Positions 20,048 through 29,077 of a DNA stretch of 64,000 bases are shown one piece after another. The position numbers and the translations under genes are program-made. The notes below the pieces were generated by a model. The model made no database searches. It saw only the letters and a program-made list of their open reading frames with translations, and was not told the DNA's origin. The stretch is from contig JBBRBZ010000003.1 in NCBI GenBank assembly GCA_038205305.1, positions 440 to 64,439 on the forward strand, given 5' to 3'. The stretch's first letter is position 1. The number at the start of each line of letters is the position of its first letter. This stretch comes from Gemmatimonadales bacterium (GTDB lineage: Bacteria > Gemmatimonadota > Gemmatimonadetes > Gemmatimonadales > GWC2-71-9).

Positions 20048-21276
20048 TGGCCCCTCGCCACCGCCGGAATGAATTGATCAAGCCCGCGTGGCGGAAACGC
20101 GAGCGTCTTGCCTTGTTCGGCACTCATGTAGGCGGTCATCAGGATCTGCATCACTGCCACGCCGTCCTGGAAGGTGAGCAACGGCTTCTCCTTCCCCAGG
20201 AACGCTCGCACGAAGTGGCGATCTTCGGCAACATAGCCATATGTCGCCGCCTCATCGGGCACCACCGGCATCAGCCCCATCTCGGCATTCTGTTTCTCGA
20301 CCAGGTCTTCACCGGCGGCGCCCCGCACCTCGCGCGAGAAGAAGCAGGAGAGCTCCGAATTGAGCGTGTTCCAGTTCATCGAGTATTCGGGCCCGAGCAG
20401 TTCGCCGGAGAGGCGGAGTCCCGGTCCGACAAAACTCCACGACGTCGTGGCCTCGCCGATGACCTGCGTCCCCTTGCTGTCTTCGTAGGTGATGGTGACC
20501 GACGCGAAGTCCTCCGACGGCCGCTTGCTATAGTCGACACTCTTGCCGAAGCGCGCCTTCAGCTGCTTGACGTATTCCGGACGGCTCCACTTGAGCGATG
20601 CGATCCGACCATTGATCGATACCGGCTTGAGCGACGCACGCGGCTTTCCCGGTTCGGTGAGCAGGAAGCGCACCACCTCGGCGGAGTGACACATCATGTC
20701 ATTCAGCACACCCCCACCCTGCTGCTCACCCTGCCAGAACCAGGCGTTGTGTGGCCCGGAGTGTTCCTCCGCGGCACGAGCAAGGTAGGGCCTGCCGGTG
20801 GTCTTGGCGCCGCGGGCCCAGATCAGGTCACGACCACGCACCAGGCCGGGTGAGAAGAGTTGGTTCTCGAGATAGCCGTGAGCGATGCCGGCCTTGGTCA
20901 CCAGGCGGAGCACCTCCTTCGCCTCGCCGACATTGCGGGCCAAGGGCTTCTCGCAAGCAATCCCGCGCAGCGTTCCCTTGCCGCGCGTCACCGCATCACA
21001 AATCTCCTCGACATTCTCGATTCGAGCTTGATTGGGACCACAGAGCCAGATCGCGTCGATCGCCGGATCAGTCACCATCTCGGTGATCGACCGATACGCC
21101 TTCGCTTCGCCGACGCCAAGACTGTTCGCCAGCGACGCCGCCGACGCCGCGTTCTTGCCGTTCGGACTCCACACGCCGCGGACATCGCCGTCGCGCACGC
21201 CAGTCCAACCCGCGATGTGGAAGCGGGTGTTGAAGCCGGAACCAATGAAGCCAACACCGAGTGGAGCCTTGGACAT
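20035..21276 (-). CDS. Gfo/Idh/MocA family NAD(P)-dependent oxidoreductase
   Basis: Start at MSKAPLGVGFIGSGFNTRFH (Rossmann GxGxxG). Motifs CEKPLARNVGEA, GGGVLNDMMCH. 13-nt overlap with ybjQ-like gene. Confidence 0.85.
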   Translation of the reverse strand: MSKAPLGVGFIGSGFNTRFHIAGWTGVRDGDVRGVWSPNGKNAASAASLANSLGVGEAKAYRSITEMVTDPAIDAIWLCGPNQARIENVEEICDAVTRGKGTLRGIACEKPLARNVGEAKEVLRLVTKAGIAHGYLENQLFSPGLVRGRDLIWARGAKTTGRPYLARAAEEHSGPHNAWFWQGEQQGGGVLNDMMCHSAEVVRFLLTEPGKPRASLKPVSINGRIASLKWSRPEYVKQLKARFGKSVDYSKRPSEDFASVTITYEDSKGTQVIGEATTSWSFVGPGLRLSGELLGPEYSMNWNTLNSELSCFFSREVRGAAGEDLVEKQNAEMGLMPVVPDEAATYGYVAEDRHFVRAFLGKEKPLLTFQDGVAVMQILMTAYMSAEQGKTLAFPPRGLDQFIPAVARGQWQP

Positions 21277-21291
21277 TGGACGAAGAACCTC

Positions 21292-21389
21292 GAGAGACGA
21301 GAGACGATAGACGAGAAACAAGGGGGGAATGGAAGAGAGTGCGTGTGCTGCGGCAAATTGCAGTTCGCCTCTCTCGCCTCTCGTCTCTC
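21292..21389. repeat. Inverted heptamer-array element, GAGAGAC type, 4+3 units
   Basis: Left arm 21292-21319 is GAGAGAC GAGAGAC GATAGAC GAGAAAC. Right arm 21368-21389 is CCTCTCTCGCCTCTCGTCTCTC. Lies between the stop at 21398 and the next start at 21276. Confidence 0.85.
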
Positions 21390-21397
21390 GGCTGTTG

Positions 21398-22018
21398 CTA
21401 TTTCACCAACCGATTCACCGCCGCTGCCGGGCATCCCTTCCACTCCGCCACGCCGGTGTTGCCCATGTACCCCACGTCCTTGATGCCGATCTTCGACGTA
21501 TAGAAACCGCTGGCGGTAAAGTCACGGAAGGAGTTGAACCAGTTCACACCGGCCATCAGTGCGCGCGGCGCCTTTGCGGGCCACGCGATGTCGTCGAGCA
21601 GCTGACGTCGCTGCGCGTCGGTGATGAGCGTGAAGAACTTGTTGTGCCGGTTGATGCTTTCGGTGTCGAGCCAGATCAGTCCGTTGCGGTGTCTGGTAAT
21701 CAATGGCGTATCGAGACCCAGCATCACGTCCATGAATTCCGGGACGCCAGCATCGGTGGCACTGCCGCTATGGCTGTCGCGCGGGATGATGTAGTCCACC
21801 AGCATCCGCACCGTCCCCCATTCCTGGGGTGTGAAGTTCTTCGGCTGGTACGCTACACCGCTCTCGGCAGCGGCGGTAATCGCTTGATGCGCCTGACGCA
21901 TTGCCTCACCAATATGCGGCGGGAGCAGGAAGGCGCCCGCAGCCATCGTCCCCATGGTGGAAAGCATGTCGCGCCGGCCCTGGTCCACGCCGGTCTCATC
22001 CTCGGAATGGTCGCTCAC
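21398..22018 (-). CDS. Gluconate 2-dehydrogenase subunit 3-family small subunit with Tat signal
   Basis: GTG (complement 22016-22018) overlaps the GMC stop (GTGA). Twin-arginine motif QGRRDMLSTMGTMAAGAFLL. Always paired with a GMC flavoprotein in this family. Confidence 0.75.
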   Translation of the reverse strand: MSDHSEDETGVDQGRRDMLSTMGTMAAGAFLLPPHIGEAMRQAHQAITAAAESGVAYQPKNFTPQEWGTVRMLVDYIIPRDSHSGSATDAGVPEFMDVMLGLDTPLITRHRNGLIWLDTESINRHNKFFTLITDAQRRQLLDDIAWPAKAPRALMAGVNWFNSFRDFTASGFYTSKIGIKDVGYMGNTGVAEWKGCPAAAVNRLVK

Positions 22019-23715
22019 AGTTGGCCCGCCTTCCGCTGATCGGTGATGTACTTGGAGGTGCGCATCGACAGGGCGAGAATCGTCCACGTCGGGTTCTTGT
22101 CTGCCTGCGTGACGAATGGGCCGCCATCAGCGACGAAGAGATTCTTGCAATCCCACGCTTGGCAATTCGCGTTGAGTACGCTGGTGCTCGGATTGTCGCC
22201 CATGCGGGCGCAGCCAACCTCGTGAATGATCGAACCGCCGGTGGAGATGCCGTAGCCGCGCTCCTTGGTCGGCATCGGGGAGCGGACTTCGGCTCCCATC
22301 TCCTGCAACAGGGCGCGGAAGGTCTCCTGCATATGCTTCACCTGCAGGTACTCGTGATCACTCCACTCCCAATGGAAGCGGAGGACCGGGATGCCGTAGA
22401 TGTCTTTCGCGTCGGGGTCGAGCTCGCAGTAGGACTTCTCGTTCGGGATCATCTCGCCGCGGCCGGAGAAGCCGATGTTGGCACCGTAGTACTTGCGGTA
22501 GTCGGCCTTGAGGCCGGCACCGTAGCCGCCACCGCCGGGGAGATTCTGGATGCCGCCCATGAAGCCGGCGCCAGGCATTCCCATGCCGCCATAGATTTCG
22601 ATGTGGTAGCCGCGCGGAAAGTCGAGCTTCTTGTTGTCGATCCACCATGGCATGTAAAGGTGCGCGCCACCCACGCCGTCGCAGTTGTGCCGCGGCTGGT
22701 CCATCAGCGCGGGCACGAAGCCGCCGACATCGGTGCCGGTCGTGTCGGTGAGATACTTGCCAACCATGCCGCTGGAATTGCCGAGCCCTTGGGGGAACTT
22801 CGCGGACTTGGAGTTGAGCAGGATCCGTGCAGATTCGCAGGCCGAGGCGGCCAGCACGACGATCTTGGCATCCACCCGCATCTCGTGACCGGTGGCCTTG
22901 TCGATGTAGATCACACCGTCGGCGAGCCCACGGTCGTTCAGCGTCACCTCGCGGACCATGGCGTTGGTGCGCAGCGTGAGCCGGCCGGTCTGGAGTGCTG
23001 GGTGCACCAGCACGTTGGTCGACGAGAAGTTGGCATTGATGCCGCAGCCGCGATTGCACTGGCCGCAGTAGTGGCACCCCGCGCGTCCATTGAGCGGCCG
23101 GGTGAGGATGCTGAGTCGGGACGGAATGCAGGTGACCTTCTGCTTGTCGGCCGCCTTCTTCACCAGATGTTCCCAGCAGCGCGGCTCCGGTGCGGGCAGG
23201 AAGATCCCGTCGGGATGGTTCCGCATCCCTTCCTTGCTGCCGAAAATCCCCACCAGTCGATCGACTTGGTCGTAGTAGGGCTTGATGTCGTCGTAGGAAA
23301 TCGGCCAGTTCTCGCCCAGGCCGTCGACCGATTTGTGCTTGAAATCATCGGGGCCGAAGCGGAGCGAGATGCGACCCCAGTGGTTGGTCCGTCCCCCGAG
23401 CATGCGCGCGCGCCACCATTGGAAGCGGCTTCCTGGAGCGGTCGTGAACGGCTCGCCAGGAAGGTTCCAGCCACCGATGCAGGCATCGAACTCGCCGAAC
23501 GGTCGCTCCGGGGAGCTGCCCCCGCGGCGATCCGTCTCGTAGGGCCACTTGAGCATGGCCGAGTCCTTGGTGTTGTCCCACATCCCACCGGCCTCGAGCA
23601 GCATCACCTTCGCGCCCGCCTTGGTGAGTTGATGGGCCGCCATGCCTCCGCCGGCCCCTGAGCCGACGATGCAGACGTCATAGATCTCGCGCCGCGCGCC
23701 CTTCAATGTCGACAT
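22015..23715 (-). CDS. GMC family FAD-dependent oxidoreductase (large subunit)
   Basis: Start at MSTLKGARREIYDVCIVGSGAGGGMAAHQLTKAGAKVMLLEAGG (FAD fold). C-terminal HEVGCARMG, NLFVADGGPF. Confidence 0.9.
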   Translation of the reverse strand: MSTLKGARREIYDVCIVGSGAGGGMAAHQLTKAGAKVMLLEAGGMWDNTKDSAMLKWPYETDRRGGSSPERPFGEFDACIGGWNLPGEPFTTAPGSRFQWWRARMLGGRTNHWGRISLRFGPDDFKHKSVDGLGENWPISYDDIKPYYDQVDRLVGIFGSKEGMRNHPDGIFLPAPEPRCWEHLVKKAADKQKVTCIPSRLSILTRPLNGRAGCHYCGQCNRGCGINANFSSTNVLVHPALQTGRLTLRTNAMVREVTLNDRGLADGVIYIDKATGHEMRVDAKIVVLAASACESARILLNSKSAKFPQGLGNSSGMVGKYLTDTTGTDVGGFVPALMDQPRHNCDGVGGAHLYMPWWIDNKKLDFPRGYHIEIYGGMGMPGAGFMGGIQNLPGGGGYGAGLKADYRKYYGANIGFSGRGEMIPNEKSYCELDPDAKDIYGIPVLRFHWEWSDHEYLQVKHMQETFRALLQEMGAEVRSPMPTKERGYGISTGGSIIHEVGCARMGDNPSTSVLNANCQAWDCKNLFVADGGPFVTQADKNPTWTILALSMRTSKYITDQRKAGQL

Positions 23716-23776
23716 GATCCGGAGCCTGGTCAGGAGTGGAACAGGATTTGGCATTAGTTGTCTATACTACTACGTA

Positions 23777-23818
23777 GTCTCTCGTCTCTCGTCTCTCGTC
23801 TCTCGTCTCTCGTCTCTC
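23777..23818. repeat. Single-arm heptamer array (GTCTCTC)x6, perfect
   Basis: Six identical units counted directly and confirmed by the SRLSSLVSRLSSLV read-out in track ORF 23714..24694. Ends 3 nt from the stop at 23822. Confidence 0.95.
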
Positions 23819-23821
23819 GTC

Positions 23822-24658
23822 CTAGAATCGCAAATTGCTCAAATACTCATAACTCGCCTTGATACTCGTCAGTGGATCCGCCGGCGAGTCGTGCTCCACG
23901 AAGTAGTGCTTGATCCCCGCCTCCTTGTGCTTGGCAAAGATCTCCGCCCACTTGATGGTCCCCTTGCCGACGTCGCGCATCTGGTAGTCCGGCGGCGGCC
24001 CGGCGTCCTTCACGTGCACCATCGGGAAGCGCCCCGGCCATTTGGCAAAGTAGGCCAGCGGATCGCCGCCCCCCTTGGTGATCCAGTACAAGTCCATCTC
24101 GACCTGGAGCACGTCGGGAGAGGTCTCCTCCAGCAGCACATCGAAGACCCTGCGCCCCTCAACCAACCGGAACTCCGTTTCGTGGTTGTGGTAGGCGAGT
24201 TTGATCTTGTACATCTTGGCATCATCCGCCGCCTTGTGGATGATGTCGGCCGTCCGCTTGATGGCCTCGATCGAGTTGCGGTCGGCATCATCGAGCGAGG
24301 CGATCACCAGCCACTTGTGGCCCACCTCGGCGGCGTCATTGAGCGTCCTGTTCCAGGCACCCCGGATTTCCCGCATCCCCAGGTGGGCCGCCGGCGACTT
24401 CATCCCGTTGCGGTCGAGCAGCTGGCGGATGGCCCGGGGAGGCCGGTTGAAGTACCCGGCGAACTCGACCTCTTTGTACCCGATGTCGGCGACCTCGGCG
24501 AGCGTCTTCTCGACGCTCACCTGCATCAGGTCGCGCACGGTGTAGAGCTGCACCCCGATCTTCTTGATCTTGTCCTGCGCGTAGAGGTCGTTGCCGAGGG
24601 GGAGCAGCGAGGCGACCCCCGCGGCACCAAGGGCACCAACAAAGCTTCGACGATCCAT
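23822..24658 (-). CDS. Sugar phosphate isomerase/epimerase (xylose isomerase-like TIM barrel) with Tat signal
   Basis: Start at MDRRSFVGALGAAGVASLLPLG (twin-arginine). Motifs IGVQLYTVRD, GYKEVEFAG, LAYHNHETEF, QVEMDLYW. Confidence 0.85.
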   Translation of the reverse strand: MDRRSFVGALGAAGVASLLPLGNDLYAQDKIKKIGVQLYTVRDLMQVSVEKTLAEVADIGYKEVEFAGYFNRPPRAIRQLLDRNGMKSPAAHLGMREIRGAWNRTLNDAAEVGHKWLVIASLDDADRNSIEAIKRTADIIHKAADDAKMYKIKLAYHNHETEFRLVEGRRVFDVLLEETSPDVLQVEMDLYWITKGGGDPLAYFAKWPGRFPMVHVKDAGPPPDYQMRDVGKGTIKWAEIFAKHKEAGIKHYFVEHDSPADPLTSIKASYEYLSNLRF

Positions 24659-24869
24659 GGCAAACTCCTTGGACACGGGGGACGCGGGTCGTGACACTCG
24701 GGGTGCGGTCGCGCGGATCCGTGGAACGATTGGCGATGATTGAATGTGCCGCCGTTGGCGCCGGAGGGCAACGATGATCCGCCCTGTCGCCGCAATCCGC
24801 TTTCCAAGCGGAGTCCTGCCTGTCATGAGCACCATGGCGTGTCACCTGTACCCACCGGTTGAGGCAAAG

Positions 24870-26423
24870 ATGAGCTGGATCCAAAACAACGACCCCAGCG
24901 GCTTCTCCCTCCAGATCCCGGAGGGGTGGCAAGTGCAGCAGCTAGATTGGGGAACTGTCATCGTCTTCGATCCGCAGGGTGGCTCTCTGGCGCTGCTGCA
25001 GCGACTCGCGGCTCCGATTCCTGGTACTCCAGCAGAGATCCTGCAGTTCGGGCGCTTCTCCTCGGCCCGACTCTTTCGGCAGGCTCAACCCGGACCGATC
25101 GAATCCATACCCGGGGGCGGAGTGGCGACAACGCTCCGCTTCCCTTTCCAGGATGGCACACCAGCACTGGCGCGGGTGAGCTGCAGGCCCGATGCAGCAG
25201 GAGCGATGGTGACCGCCTGCGCCGGGCCGGCGGCCATCTTTGCCGAATCAGAACCATCGATTCGCTACATCGTCGAATCATTCTCTGCGAGTGACCGTTG
25301 GCCCGGTGCTGGCGGCGAGCAGCCTGGCAGTACCGCTCAACCCGTTCCTCCCGGCGGCCACCAGACGGTGATGCAGGCGACACTCCCCGCTGGCACTCCT
25401 CCACTCTTTGTCTCGTATACCGATCCCCAGCTCGGCGCCTTCACCGTCGACGTCCCGCGCGGCTGGCGGGTGCAGGGCGGGCTGAATCACCCTTCGCTTG
25501 GTGATCGTCGCCCGTTCGTGCAGGTCGAATCGCCGGACGGAATACAGGTGCTCTTCGGCGACCCAGAGTGTCCGCAGAGCTTCTACCATGTGCTCCTCGG
25601 GATCGAAGGCACGATGGTGCCCTATGCCACAGGCTGTGCCTTCCTCAACCTGCGCCCGAGCGCCGAACGACTCGCGCAGTACTACCTCAAATCCATTGCA
25701 CCAAAACGGATCGGACCGTTCCAGATGTCCGGTCACCGCGATCGCCGTGACGTCATCGATCGCGCGCTCGATCAGGCGCGGAAGAATGGGACGACCATCC
25801 CGCGCGGTCTCGACATGGAAGCGCACGAAGTGAACTTCCTTGCGGGTGCTCGGTCAGGCAGCTGCCTCGGCGCTTCTGCTGTGAATCGCGGGGCGAGTTT
25901 CGGTTTCGGCACCATGTGGGAAGGCAACGTCACGCTCTGGCTGGCCCCTCCCGCGCTTATGCCGATGGCCGAGCAGGTCGCGATGCGGTTGATGCTGTCG
26001 TACCGCCCGACGGCGCGGATGTATCAGCTGGTGCAGCAGGACGAGATGGCGATCGCCGGCAACGGGATGGTGGCTAACATGGGTCAGCAGCAATGGTTCG
26101 CGGCACAACAGGCCGGGCACCAGGCGCAACTCGGGTTCGGCAATGCCATCGTTGGGAACTACTGGCAGCAGCAACAGGTCAACGACGGATTGATGCAGAG
26201 CTATACCGATCGTCAGCAATCCGAGGATCGCGTCTTCCAGAACTACAGCGACGCGACACTGGACCGCCAGCGACTCACCGATGATGGCATGGGAAAGAGC
26301 TACGAAGTGGCTTCGGGATCCAACTACTACTGGGTCGATCAGCAGAGCGGGCAGGTGATCGGCACCAACACCGATCAACCGCCCGACGTGCAGCGCAACT
26401 ACACGCAACTGCGAAAGGAGTAG
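24870..26423 (+). CDS. Hypothetical protein, two PxGW-type domains plus Gln-rich C-terminal tail
   Basis: Start chosen at MSWIQNN (GAGG 8 nt upstream); in-frame starts at 24744/24774 are possible. Duplicated motif FSLQIPEGWQVQQ and FTVDVPRGWRVQGG. Tail MGQQQWFAAQQAGHQAQ..YWQQQQV. No family recognised. Confidence 0.6.
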   Translation: MSWIQNNDPSGFSLQIPEGWQVQQLDWGTVIVFDPQGGSLALLQRLAAPIPGTPAEILQFGRFSSARLFRQAQPGPIESIPGGGVATTLRFPFQDGTPALARVSCRPDAAGAMVTACAGPAAIFAESEPSIRYIVESFSASDRWPGAGGEQPGSTAQPVPPGGHQTVMQATLPAGTPPLFVSYTDPQLGAFTVDVPRGWRVQGGLNHPSLGDRRPFVQVESPDGIQVLFGDPECPQSFYHVLLGIEGTMVPYATGCAFLNLRPSAERLAQYYLKSIAPKRIGPFQMSGHRDRRDVIDRALDQARKNGTTIPRGLDMEAHEVNFLAGARSGSCLGASAVNRGASFGFGTMWEGNVTLWLAPPALMPMAEQVAMRLMLSYRPTARMYQLVQQDEMAIAGNGMVANMGQQQWFAAQQAGHQAQLGFGNAIVGNYWQQQQVNDGLMQSYTDRQQSEDRVFQNYSDATLDRQRLTDDGMGKSYEVASGSNYYWVDQQSGQVIGTNTDQPPDVQRNYTQLRKE

Positions 26424-26435
26424 CGCGCGAGGCGC

Positions 26436-26999
26436 TCAGCGCGGAACCATTCCCGGACACTGTTCTGCGCCCGACGGTTCGGCTGCCCCGAATCGTGAGC
26501 GAACGGTCCTGCCCTTCCCCGCCGCAGTCGACACCGTAAACATCGTCGCATAGTTCGCATCGCAGAGATCAGCGCCGACTGGTCCCCCCAGGGCGTGCAC
26601 AATTTTCGGGATGGTGTTGCTGTGGCCGACCACCAGCACCACACCATCATGCGCCATCGCCGCCTTCGCCACCGCCGCTACATGCGCATCCAGATTGTTT
26701 GCGTCAATCGCGACGACTATCGGCGTGAGGTGATGCCGCGCCGCAACCAGCGCCGCGGTTTCCGCCGTCCGCCGATACGGAGTCACGATGATCGCCGTCA
26801 CGTGCACATCCATCAAGGCGGTGTCGAGTGCAGCCGCCCGTGCCCGACCGATGTCACTCAAGTCGGGGTCGCGATCGGTGTTGCTGCTCTTCTCAGCATG
26901 ACGGACCAGCACGATGGTCGGGGTGTAGCCGGTGTCGATCGGTGCGACCGGTAGGACCGGCGCGCGGAACAATGCCAGCCACAGCAGCGCGTTCATCAC
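26436..26999 (-). CDS. Histidine phosphatase family protein (SixA-like), secreted
   Basis: Signal peptide MMNALLWLALF. Motifs IVLVRHAEK (RHG-type), TPYRRTAETA, VVLVVGHSNT. Confidence 0.8.
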   Translation of the reverse strand: MMNALLWLALFRAPVLPVAPIDTGYTPTIVLVRHAEKSSNTDRDPDLSDIGRARAAALDTALMDVHVTAIIVTPYRRTAETAALVAARHHLTPIVVAIDANNLDAHVAAVAKAAMAHDGVVLVVGHSNTIPKIVHALGGPVGADLCDANYATMFTVSTAAGKGRTVRSRFGAAEPSGAEQCPGMVPR

Positions 27000-27340
27000 C
27001 GCTTCCCCTCCATGTGGAAGGCGTGCAGCACCCTATGCAACACCGGGGCAAGCAGCAGCGCCGACACGGTGATCAGGACCAAGCCAGAGTAGAGCGAGAA
27101 GCAGCCGGCAAAGATCTTTCCAGCCGTGGTGGAAATCTCCCCGACTGGTCCCATCCCACCGAGCAGCATGGCGGAGTTGAGAAAGGAATCGATCCAGGCG
27201 AAGCCGGCGAGATAGTGATAGCCGGCAATGCCGATCAGCAGCGACCCGAAAACCAACAATTGCGACATGATGAAGTGGCGGAGGAGGCGGTGGACGAAGC
27301 CATGCCTCGTCAGCATCGGAGCCGAAACGTGCTCGTACAT
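26996..27340 (-). CDS. Small integral membrane protein, function unknown
   Basis: 114 aa, three hydrophobic segments (LLVFGSLLIGIAGYHYL, IFAGCFSLYSGLVLITVSALLLAPVL). 4-nt overlap with the downstream gene. Confidence 0.6.
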   Translation of the reverse strand: MYEHVSAPMLTRHGFVHRLLRHFIMSQLLVFGSLLIGIAGYHYLAGFAWIDSFLNSAMLLGGMGPVGEISTTAGKIFAGCFSLYSGLVLITVSALLLAPVLHRVLHAFHMEGKR

Positions 27341-27351
27341 CGGTTGGTACC

Positions 27352-28731
27352 TCAGCGCACTCGACGCGCGGTTTGGTCGATTCCGTTCTGGCGAAGCAGC
27401 AGACCCGTGACGACACCCTTGGCGTCCAGCTGGAAGAGCAATTCCGCCTTGACCGCCTTGATGGCGAAGGTGGTCGCCGACTCAGGAGAGAGCGCGAAAC
27501 GCTGCTGGCCAGTCGCCTGAGCATACAGCCGATTCCCTTCCCGGGTAACCTCGATAGCGAACTGGGGGCTCAATGTATACCGTCCCACCAGCGGCTCGAG
27601 CGCTTCGGCGGTGAGCGTGATTTCCGGCGCGACATTCACCGCGGGAGGCGGGGTGAGCGGCCCGCCGCGCAGCAACCCCACGCCCATCGCGTCGGCGGGA
27701 AACTCTCCCCCGACATTGGCCAGTACCACTACCGCCCGGTGCGTCTTGACGTCCGCGCCAAGGAAAGAGCGGAAGCCGCCGGTGCCGCCGTTGTGCCAGA
27801 CGATGTCGGCGCCATTCAGGTGCAGATGATGCCATGCCAGCCCAATCGAGTCCGCACCACGAAACGGGCGCCTTGGACGAATGGCGAAGGCCATCGCTCG
27901 GGCAATCGGCCCCGTGGTGGTGTCGCGCAGCGCATCGGCAAACTTGAGCAGGTCCGGTGCAGTGGAATGGATTCCCCCAGCCGCCGCGAAGAGCTCGAGG
28001 TGCCACGGCTTGGTTGGACGTAAATCAGTGGTGTGAGGGGTAGCGGCCAGGGCCTGCTGCGACTGCACCAGCGAGAGGTGGCTGTCGTGCATGCCGAGCG
28101 GATCGAGGATGCGTGTGCGCAACAACGTCTCGTACGAGGTGCCTGCACGCTTCGCGAGGGCGACGCCGAGCAGCGCCATGCCGAGATTGGAATAGGCGTA
28201 GGTCACACCGGGAGCGCGCGTCAGGCGATATCCCTTCAGGAAATCGATCAGTTGCGATTCCGTATAACCGATGTACGGATCGTCTGGATCGGTTGGTCGG
28301 AAATTGTCGGGGAGCGTGGGCAGACCCGAACTGTGGGTCGCCAGGTCAAGCAGCGTGATCGGCTGCCCGTTGTAGCTGGGGAGGGTCCAACCGGGGAGGT
28401 ATTTCGCCACCGGATCATCGAGGGCGACCTCGCCGTGCAGCACCATGTCGGCCAACAGCGTCCCGGTGAACGCCTTGGTGATCGACCCCGCCTCGAAATC
28501 GCTGCGGGGTCGAATGGCGGAATCGCTGCCCAGCCGTCGGACTCCAGCGGTCACCACACTGCTGGTACCACCCTCCCATCGCCCGATCGCTACGCCAATC
28601 AGGCGATGCTCCGTCGCCCACTGGGAGAGCACCGCCTGAAGTTCGCTGTCAGGAAGCCGCTGCTGTGCCGGGAGGGGAGCCCACCAACCGCTCCCCAGCA
28701 GGACCCCGGCCAGCACGTTCCAGCGGTGCAT
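27352..28731 (-). CDS. Serine hydrolase, beta-lactamase/transpeptidase-like (class C-type) with C-terminal extra domain
   Basis: Signal peptide MHRWNVLAGVLLGSGWWA. SxxK motif SITKAFT, YSNLG motif, HNGGTGG. Confidence 0.85.
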   Translation of the reverse strand: MHRWNVLAGVLLGSGWWAPLPAQQRLPDSELQAVLSQWATEHRLIGVAIGRWEGGTSSVVTAGVRRLGSDSAIRPRSDFEAGSITKAFTGTLLADMVLHGEVALDDPVAKYLPGWTLPSYNGQPITLLDLATHSSGLPTLPDNFRPTDPDDPYIGYTESQLIDFLKGYRLTRAPGVTYAYSNLGMALLGVALAKRAGTSYETLLRTRILDPLGMHDSHLSLVQSQQALAATPHTTDLRPTKPWHLELFAAAGGIHSTAPDLLKFADALRDTTTGPIARAMAFAIRPRRPFRGADSIGLAWHHLHLNGADIVWHNGGTGGFRSFLGADVKTHRAVVVLANVGGEFPADAMGVGLLRGGPLTPPPAVNVAPEITLTAEALEPLVGRYTLSPQFAIEVTREGNRLYAQATGQQRFALSPESATTFAIKAVKAELLFQLDAKGVVTGLLLRQNGIDQTARRVR

Positions 28732-28732
28732 C

Positions 28733-28969
28733 CTACTTGTTGTTGACAGCCCGATAGACCCAGAGGATGACGAGCGCGCCGATCACCGAGCCGATCAGCC
28801 CCACGTTCGGGTTCATCCCAAGCGCCCCGAACAGCATGCTTCCCACCCATGATCCGCCAATGCCGAGCAGGGTGGTCACGATGAATCCGCCGGCGTCCTT
28901 CCCCGGCATGATGGCCTTGGCGATCAGGCCCACGACAAAACCAATGATGATCACAAAGAGCAGATGCAC
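28733..28969 (-). CDS. GlsB/YeaQ/YmgE (transglycosylase-associated) stress membrane protein
   Basis: 78 aa. MHLLFVIIIGFVVGLIAKAIMPGKD.GGFIVTTLLGIGGSWVG, typical of this family. Confidence 0.85.
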   Translation of the reverse strand: MHLLFVIIIGFVVGLIAKAIMPGKDAGGFIVTTLLGIGGSWVGSMLFGALGMNPNVGLIGSVIGALVILWVYRAVNNK

Positions 28970-29077
28970 GGATCCTCCTCGTCGGTGGTGGTGCCGCCGT
29001 CGGCACCATCGGGGGGCGGTGTCCCGCCTCGTGGGGGCCCTACGGTGAAAGATGAAACGGTGTTTCCGATCCCAGAC

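Noticed and set aside
21901-23661. Long antisense ORFs opposite well-supported genes, for example 21901..23661(+), 13296..14591(-), 30698..32440(+), 39343..40791(+), 41565..43076(+), 34783..36090(+), 38160..39488(+), 56409..57638(+), 14979..16022(-), 28964..30193(+)
   Set aside because: These are typical shadow ORFs of GC-rich DNA. They have Arg/Gly/Pro/His/Asp-rich composition and no recognisable motifs. Each lies opposite a gene with clear family signatures (GMC, GH20, Nif3, SufD, SufB, ABC permease, SufS, GWxTD and others).
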